Below are positions 58,357 to 64,000 of a stretch of 64,000 bases of DNA, piece by piece. The stretch comes from Promethearchaeota archaeon (GTDB lineage Archaea; Asgardarchaeota; Lokiarchaeia; Sigyniarchaeales; SOKP01), in NCBI GenBank assembly GCA_029838195.1, contig JALGVJ010000042.1:1-64000 (forward strand). The letters run 5' to 3'. The translations under genes and the position numbers were made by a program. The notes below the pieces were generated by a model, which was given only the letters and a program-made list of their open reading frames with translations, was not told where the DNA came from and did not search any database. Position 1 is the first letter of the stretch. Each line of letters starts with the position of its first letter.

Positions 58357-61287
58357 TTAGATATAGTATTTTATTCCGAATTCTCTAATATTTCGGACTA
58401 GAGATGGGATTTTAGTATTGAATTCCTTAATTTTCTTATTGTATTGTTCAAACAACTCTTCATAATTTACAATATTTCCTTGATCGATTTTTTCTACGAA
58501 TTTATGAGATATTTGGTGGATATCGCTGAAAATGGAGTCAAATTCTTTTTTATAATGTAGTAGTTTGGGATTTACATTTTTTCGTTGTTTTCTCACCATG
58601 TTTCGCAACCTTCCCCGTGGAATCCGAATTTTTTCAATTAATTCATCACATTCGTTTAAGAAACTATATGCATTTTGTTTTAATTCTTGATTTTCTATTA
58701 ATTTTGATTCTATGATTTCCGTTCGCCACGTGTTGATTTTACCTTTTGCGAATGTATCGAAGTTTAAAGAGATGGAATCAATACCTTCTCGAACGAGGAA
58801 GCGTAAGAATTCCGGATCGTCGCTGGGAGCTTGTCCACAGATGCCGACGGATTTTTCATTTTCATGAGCTACTTTAATTAAATGAGAAATTGATCTTCTG
58901 ATAGCTTCGCTATTTGTAATATAATTATATTTATTCGATAGGGGAATTAATTTTTCATTATCTCGTCCACACCCGTATATTAATTGAGTTAGATCATTTG
59001 AACCAATAGAAAAGCCATCAAAGTATTCACAAAAGATATCGGCTAATAAAATATTGGACGGTATTTCTGCCATGCAGTAGATTTTTAATCCATCTTTTCC
59101 CCTGACTAATCCTTCTTTTTCCATGAGTTCATTAATCGCTTTAGCTTCCTCAGGAGTTCTACAGAAGGGAATCATGGGAATGATATTTTTTAAGCCCCAC
59201 GATCGTGCCAATGCTATGGCTTTTAATTCTAAAATGAAGGCATTTTGGAAATCTTCAGAAACATATCGAGAGGCACCTCGAAAGCCAAGCATGGGATTAT
59301 TCTCGTCACTTTCGTATAACCATCCCCCAATTAAATTATAATATTCATTTGTTTTAAAATCAGAGAAGCGCACGACACAAGGAGCAATAGACCCATCGGG
59401 TAATTCTTTCCAAACCCCTGCAGCAATGGTGGCAATCCCTTCAGCGAGTTTTTCTACATAATATTCTTCCTTGTTTTCATAACCGGTTGTTAATTCTCGG
59501 ATCTTATCCAAGGTTTGTTTGAGTTTTAAAATTTGCTGATTTAATGGGTCTTTAGGGTGCAAATCGGATTTTTTCATTTGCTCAATACGTTTTCTTTGTT
59601 CCAAGAGGATGTCATATCTCATGACGAGAGAATCGAATTCGATTAGAGCATTGGGATGAATCTGTATGACATCATTTATGATAAATTCTAAGCGGGCGAG
59701 GCCCGTTCCATCAGGATGCTTGCCGGCGGATAAAGCTCCTTTGGGGATGCCTAAGTTTACCAGGACTTTAGTTCTTGTACGGGGTAATTGGGCAAATTCA
59801 ATCACGTCATAATCATATTCAACTCCTTTTAGCCAAATGCGTGGTTCTCCTTCACTACAATCGATAGTTATTTCTTCAATATTTTGTTCTCTTTGTTTTT
59901 CTTTAAGTATTTCTATAATATTATCGGCCCCTACGATGGATGCTATGTTTAATTCTCTCGATACTATAGCAGCATGACAAGTAGGCCCTCCTCTTTCAGT
60001 AATTACACCGCCTAAATTTTGCATGTAAGATGTCCAATCAGGATTGGTTTCTTCCGTGACTAAAATATCTCCTTCTTCCAACTTGTAAGCATCATTGATG
60101 GATTCAATTATTTTTAACTTCCCATAGCCAATGCGTCTTCCAATAGCCGTTCCAGAATTAGGAATATATAACCCTTCCTCCATTAGCTTTTCCGGATCTT
60201 CTAATAAATAAAAAATCTCTTCAGTATCTCCTTTTTGACTATGGACTGTTTCGGGGCGAGCTTGAACAATATATATTTTTCCATCATTACCCAATGCCCA
60301 TTCAATATCCATTCGTCTTCCGTAATGTTCTCGAATTTTTATCGCATATTTTGCCAAGGTTAATACTTGTTCCTTTGTAAGACAATATTCCATCTGTTTT
60401 TCTTCAGGAACTGGAACGACTTTTGTTCCTTGCTTTTCAGTGTCAAATACCATCATCCGTTCTTTTCGAATTAACTCTCGACTGATGATTCGAAGTTGCT
60501 TTGGGTCATGTTTAAATACAATGAATTCATCGCCTTTTTCCACGCCTTGTACGATTAATTCTCCCAATCCCCACGTGCCCCGAATGGCCACGACATTTGG
60601 ATTTCCTGAATCGGGATCTTCAGTAAACATTACGCCTGAAGCTCTGACTCCCTCTGTTCCTCCCGCTATTTCTTGAACACCTACGGATAATTTAACCGCA
60701 AAATGATCAAATCCCGCTCTTTCTCGATATGCCGTAGCACGAGTCGTGAACACGGAAGCCATGTCTTTTAAAATATATTCTAATACTTGCTCTTCACCCG
60801 TAATGTTTAAATGCGTATCTTGTTGTCCGGCAAATGAAGCATCAGGAAGATCTTCCGCAGTAGCTGAACTCCTTATCGCAAATGTCGTTTCATGACCAAT
60901 TTTTTCTATTAATTTTTCATAAGCATCAATAATTTCGTCCCTCAAGGAATCGGGAATTTTTGCTTGCTCAATATGAGTTCTTATGTTTGCACAGATTTTA
61001 TCAACGGTTTGGATGGATTGTATATCTTCTTTCTTAAGTTCATTAGAAATCTTGTGGATTTGTTCTCTGATGTATTCTTTTAAAGAAACGAGCCGCCCAT
61101 CGTATAAAATGTCATTCGATTCTAAAACATAATCAAACGCATTCGCTAAAACAGCAAAGCCTAAAGGCACGGGAATGCCAAAGCTTAATAGTTCTCCTAG
61201 GGAAGCATTTTTACCTCCCACGGTATTTACATGATTTGCCCTTAATTCTTCAAAAAATTTAATGTAGCGATATTTATTTTCAGCCAT
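58357..61287 (-). CDS. ppsA: Phosphoenolpyruvate synthase (pyruvate, water dikinase)
   Basis: VGGKNASLGE, RSSATAEDLPDASFAGQQ, DIEWA, QARPET, GGPTCHAAIVSRE (phospho-His), FSIGSNDLTQ, GICGQAPSD. Confidence 0.96.
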   Translation of the reverse strand: MAENKYRYIKFFEELRANHVNTVGGKNASLGELLSFGIPVPLGFAVLANAFDYVLESNDILYDGRLVSLKEYIREQIHKISNELKKEDIQSIQTVDKICANIRTHIEQAKIPDSLRDEIIDAYEKLIEKIGHETTFAIRSSATAEDLPDASFAGQQDTHLNITGEEQVLEYILKDMASVFTTRATAYRERAGFDHFAVKLSVGVQEIAGGTEGVRASGVMFTEDPDSGNPNVVAIRGTWGLGELIVQGVEKGDEFIVFKHDPKQLRIISRELIRKERMMVFDTEKQGTKVVPVPEEKQMEYCLTKEQVLTLAKYAIKIREHYGRRMDIEWALGNDGKIYIVQARPETVHSQKGDTEEIFYLLEDPEKLMEEGLYIPNSGTAIGRRIGYGKLKIIESINDAYKLEEGDILVTEETNPDWTSYMQNLGGVITERGGPTCHAAIVSRELNIASIVGADNIIEILKEKQREQNIEEITIDCSEGEPRIWLKGVEYDYDVIEFAQLPRTRTKVLVNLGIPKGALSAGKHPDGTGLARLEFIINDVIQIHPNALIEFDSLVMRYDILLEQRKRIEQMKKSDLHPKDPLNQQILKLKQTLDKIRELTTGYENKEEYYVEKLAEGIATIAAGVWKELPDGSIAPCVVRFSDFKTNEYYNLIGGWLYESDENNPMLGFRGASRYVSEDFQNAFILELKAIALARSWGLKNIIPMIPFCRTPEEAKAINELMEKEGLVRGKDGLKIYCMAEIPSNILLADIFCEYFDGFSIGSNDLTQLIYGCGRDNEKLIPLSNKYNYITNSEAIRRSISHLIKVAHENEKSVGICGQAPSDDPEFLRFLVREGIDSISLNFDTFAKGKINTWRTEIIESKLIENQELKQNAYSFLNECDELIEKIRIPRGRLRNMVRKQRKNVNPKLLHYKKEFDSIFSDIHQISHKFVEKIDQGNIVNYEELFEQYNKKIKEFNTKIPSLVRNIREFGIKYYI

Positions 61288-61737
61288 TATCTGTCACTGG
61301 AAATACGATATTATTTTAAAATCTTTTATTCCATTATTTGTGAATTAAACATTTTAGAAAAAACTTGTAGTTTTTATAAACATTATTTAATGTTCTTCCA
61401 AAAATCTAAAAAAAAATACTAAAAATAAAACAATATCTAATAAATTCAGTTAATATTTAAAAATATTTTAATTAAAGGAGATATAACCATTTCTTTTTGA
61501 AAATTAGAAAATCCGAGGTCTTAATTTCGAAATGCAAAATCTCTAAATCAAAAATGAGAGAAGCCGTTCCCTGCCAAGTAAATTTAATCAATTGATTTCC
61601 CTCATCATCATTAATTTTTATTTTATTAACATGTTGCTACACTTTTTTTCTTTAGAAAATGCCTTAACCAAGGAGAGAAGCGAGTACATAAATCAAATTA
61701 AGGAATAAACCAAAAACAGAAATAATAAAAAATTAAA

Positions 61738-62256
61738 TCATTTTAATTCTTTTTCAAAAACATCAAAATCTGCTTTAGTATAAAGGCAAAAAATAACTTC
61801 CTCGATTTGAGTAGCGCCACTTAAATATTCTTTCACGGTAGAAATCATTACTTTAGCACAGCGGTCAATTGGATATCCAAAAATACCGGTAGAGATGGCA
61901 GGAAAAGCGATTGATTTTAATCCATGTTCATCCATTAATTTCAGACTATTTAAAGTTGCATTCCGCAATTTTTCATCCTCATTTCCCTCTCCCATGCGGG
62001 GTCCTACAGCGTGAATTACATGTTTGGCTTTAAGATTACCCCCCGTTGTGATTACAGCACCACCCACGTGAGTACCACCTATTTTATTGCATTCTTCTTG
62101 AATTTTTGGTCCTCCTTTTCTCCTTATAGCTCCCGCAACCCCCCCTCCCAAAATTAATTGGGCATTTGCGGCATTCACGATAACATCCGTGCTAAGCTCA
62201 GTGATATCTCCTTGAACGAGCTTAATCCAAGAATTTTTTACTTTCAATTCTCTCAT
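61738..62256 (-). CDS. Macrodomain protein (O-acetyl-ADP-ribose deacetylase-like)
   Basis: GDIT, IVNAAN, GGGVAGAI, VIHAVGP, AFPAISTGIFGYP. Confidence 0.95.
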   Translation of the reverse strand: MRELKVKNSWIKLVQGDITELSTDVIVNAANAQLILGGGVAGAIRRKGGPKIQEECNKIGGTHVGGAVITTGGNLKAKHVIHAVGPRMGEGNEDEKLRNATLNSLKLMDEHGLKSIAFPAISTGIFGYPIDRCAKVMISTVKEYLSGATQIEEVIFCLYTKADFDVFEKELK

Positions 62257-62379
62257 TAATTTTCCCTCTTTTTATTTTTAAGTTCTTAAAAATTCTATAA
62301 TTAAAAATACAATCTTACTTAAAGAAAAATTTTAGGATAATAATTAAATAAAAAAAGAGCTTATTAAATAACTTCAATT

Positions 62380-63255
62380 TTACTTTACAGAATAATCTAT
62401 TAGCGTAAATTCTGAATCATCTTCATTAAAAAACCCTTTTATTATTCCAGAACCAATTAAATCAAAAATAATTCCAATTATTTCTTTTTCTGTAAGATTT
62501 ACATGTTCTGTTATATATTTAATTTTAACATTGCTTTTTGCAATAATAATCCCTAAGATTCGTTTTTCGATTTCCTCTTTATTTGAAGGTGTAATTCCTT
62601 TTTTTTCTTGTATTATAATCCCATTTGAACTCATCATGGCATTTTCAAGTCCGTTCTTTTCAGTTACATTTTCTCTTGAAAAATGCTTAATTCCTTCTTT
62701 TATAAGAGAACCCGCCACTTTTCCAGAAATATCTCCTAATTCTTCAATATTAGTCATATTTGAAACCTGATCTTTTACGATTTCTTTTGCAATATCCCCT
62801 ACGTGCTTAGAAGCGATTTTTGAACTTTTTTTTAAAATAGTTTTGAATTTTGAAGGAATTACATCTTTATACTTATTTTTCTTTTTTTCAATCATTAATT
62901 TCTGTGTCAATTTGTATTGTTCAAATAATTTTTGATATTGATCTTTTAAATCTAGTTTTAATGCTAAATTCATTGCATTTTCATATTGTTGTAAAGCATC
63001 TTGAAAATCTTGTTGGTCAAATTTTTTAGAGGCTTCGGCTAAGGATTTTTCAAAAACTTTAATATCACTTAAAACTTCTAATGGAAGACTTTTCAAAATT
63101 AATCCATTAATTTTCTTATACTCATGATCATTGGTTCTTAAGAAAGAGGGTATTTTTTTAAATAAAAAATAAGCTTTAACATAATTTTCTGACTTAATGA
63201 GTGAAAACAATTCTTCTTTTAGATCATCATCATTTCGCTTGCTATTATTTTGCAT
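62380..63255 (-). CDS. Hypothetical protein; TPR-like hairpin and C-terminal PCI/wHTH-like domain
   Basis: FQDALQQYENAMNLA; IIGIIFDLIGSGIIKGFFNEDDSEF. Confidence 0.6.
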   Translation of the reverse strand: MQNNSKRNDDDLKEELFSLIKSENYVKAYFLFKKIPSFLRTNDHEYKKINGLILKSLPLEVLSDIKVFEKSLAEASKKFDQQDFQDALQQYENAMNLALKLDLKDQYQKLFEQYKLTQKLMIEKKKNKYKDVIPSKFKTILKKSSKIASKHVGDIAKEIVKDQVSNMTNIEELGDISGKVAGSLIKEGIKHFSRENVTEKNGLENAMMSSNGIIIQEKKGITPSNKEEIEKRILGIIIAKSNVKIKYITEHVNLTEKEIIGIIFDLIGSGIIKGFFNEDDSEFTLIDYSVK

Positions 63256-63504
63256 CTAAAACACGTCAATAATATTTTGTCAACTTGGATTTTTAAGAAT
63301 TTCTAATGGGTATAATAATAAATTGGGTTTTAAAAAATAAAGTTCATGAATTTATATATATTTATTGAACGATCATTCATTATTGAATAAGAAAATTCTA
63401 AAAACAAATTATTTGTGAATAATTAGATAAACCCAAGAAAAATGTAAAAAAATAAGAAGAGAAATAAGTAAAAAGTATTAAAAAATTAAAATAGGAGCGT
63501 AAAA

Positions 63505-64000
63505 TCATACCGGATTAGGTTCTTGTTTAATACTTTTTCCCAGAATCTCATCCAATTTTTTCCTATCTTCTTCGGAAAGCTTTGACATGGTTTCCATTTG
63601 TTGTTTCATGAGATCCATCATTATTTTTCGGGTTACTACTTGATTTAGTACTGGTAGTGCAATTCTAATGCGCGTGAGCTCGTAGTTCATGGTCTTTGCT
63701 GTATCTCTCATGTTTTTTAATTCTTCCTTGCTCATGCCTTCTTGACCAATTCCGGGACATTCTACATCGACCACGCTAAAGTTTTTTCCGTCAAATTCGA
63801 GTGGATACGTTCGGCAACTTAATGGGCGATTATCATAGATCAAGCATTTCTTTTGATCTTTATTATAAAGCGGGCATTTTTCCTCTAATAATTCTTCAAT
63901 AGGCGTCTCTTTTAAGGGATCTTCTTGCGCACCAGTTTCACTTCCCTCTTTGGGAGGAGGCAAGGGTTTCAAGATGAGATCAAAACTTCCATCGGGTTTT
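63505..64000 (-). CDS. YkgJ-family Cys-cluster (Zn/Fe-S) protein, 5'-truncated by the window edge
   Basis: CPLY...CLIYDNRPLSCRTYP...CPGIG; the frame continues to the window end. Confidence 0.85.
   Translation of the reverse strand, partial: KPDGSFDLILKPLPPPKEGSETGAQEDPLKETPIEELLEEKCPLYNKDQKKCLIYDNRPLSCRTYPLEFDGKNFSVVDVECPGIGQEGMSKEELKNMRDTAKTMNYELTRIRIALPVLNQVVTRKIMMDLMKQQMETMSKLSEEDRKKLDEILGKSIKQEPNPV

Noticed and set aside
1590-62770. Numerous 60-126-aa ORFs nested antisense or out of frame within long genes
   Set aside because: Shadow ORFs of well-supported genes, with no independent motifs
1-64000. CRISPR array, rRNA, or DGR/retron elements
   Set aside because: No regularly spaced repeats, rRNA-like sequence, cas genes or reverse transcriptase seen; the 642-bp duplication is intragenic and its differences are not adenine-specific

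Overview
AT-rich archaeal DNA (about 30% GC by eye), most consistent with an Asgard archaeon of the Lokiarchaeia. Supporting signs are a Roadblock-small-GTPase fusion, longin/uDENN-like proteins, several divergent TFB paralogues, a UPF0147 gene, giant Ig-like surface proteins and a BHB-intron tRNA. Housekeeping and metabolic genes (P-type ATPase, LLM oxidoreductase, HDAC, MFS and ABC transporters, Hsp20, ppsA, macrodomain) flank an accessory block at about 36.5-55 kb. Top observation: in that block, seven correctly oriented copies of one non-canonical promoter, RTTTTTTC-TTTWWATA (a TATA box preceded by a T-rich element where a purine-rich BRE is expected), lie upstream mostly of membrane and surface genes. 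They surround a TFB paralogue with a rewired DNA-recognition helix, suggesting a sigma-factor-like alternative-TFB regulon. Other highlights: a tRNA-Pro(CGG) with three BHB introns, hidden under a spurious ORF; a C9orf72-like uDENN/longin domain fused to PAS domains; a 642-bp intragenic duplication with a 73-bp frameshifting deletion splitting a surface-protein gene; a HEPN-MNT fusion created by an A8 tract; and a pseudogene/IS630 graveyard at 44.5-48.6 kb. All family calls come from motif recognition by eye; no searches were run.
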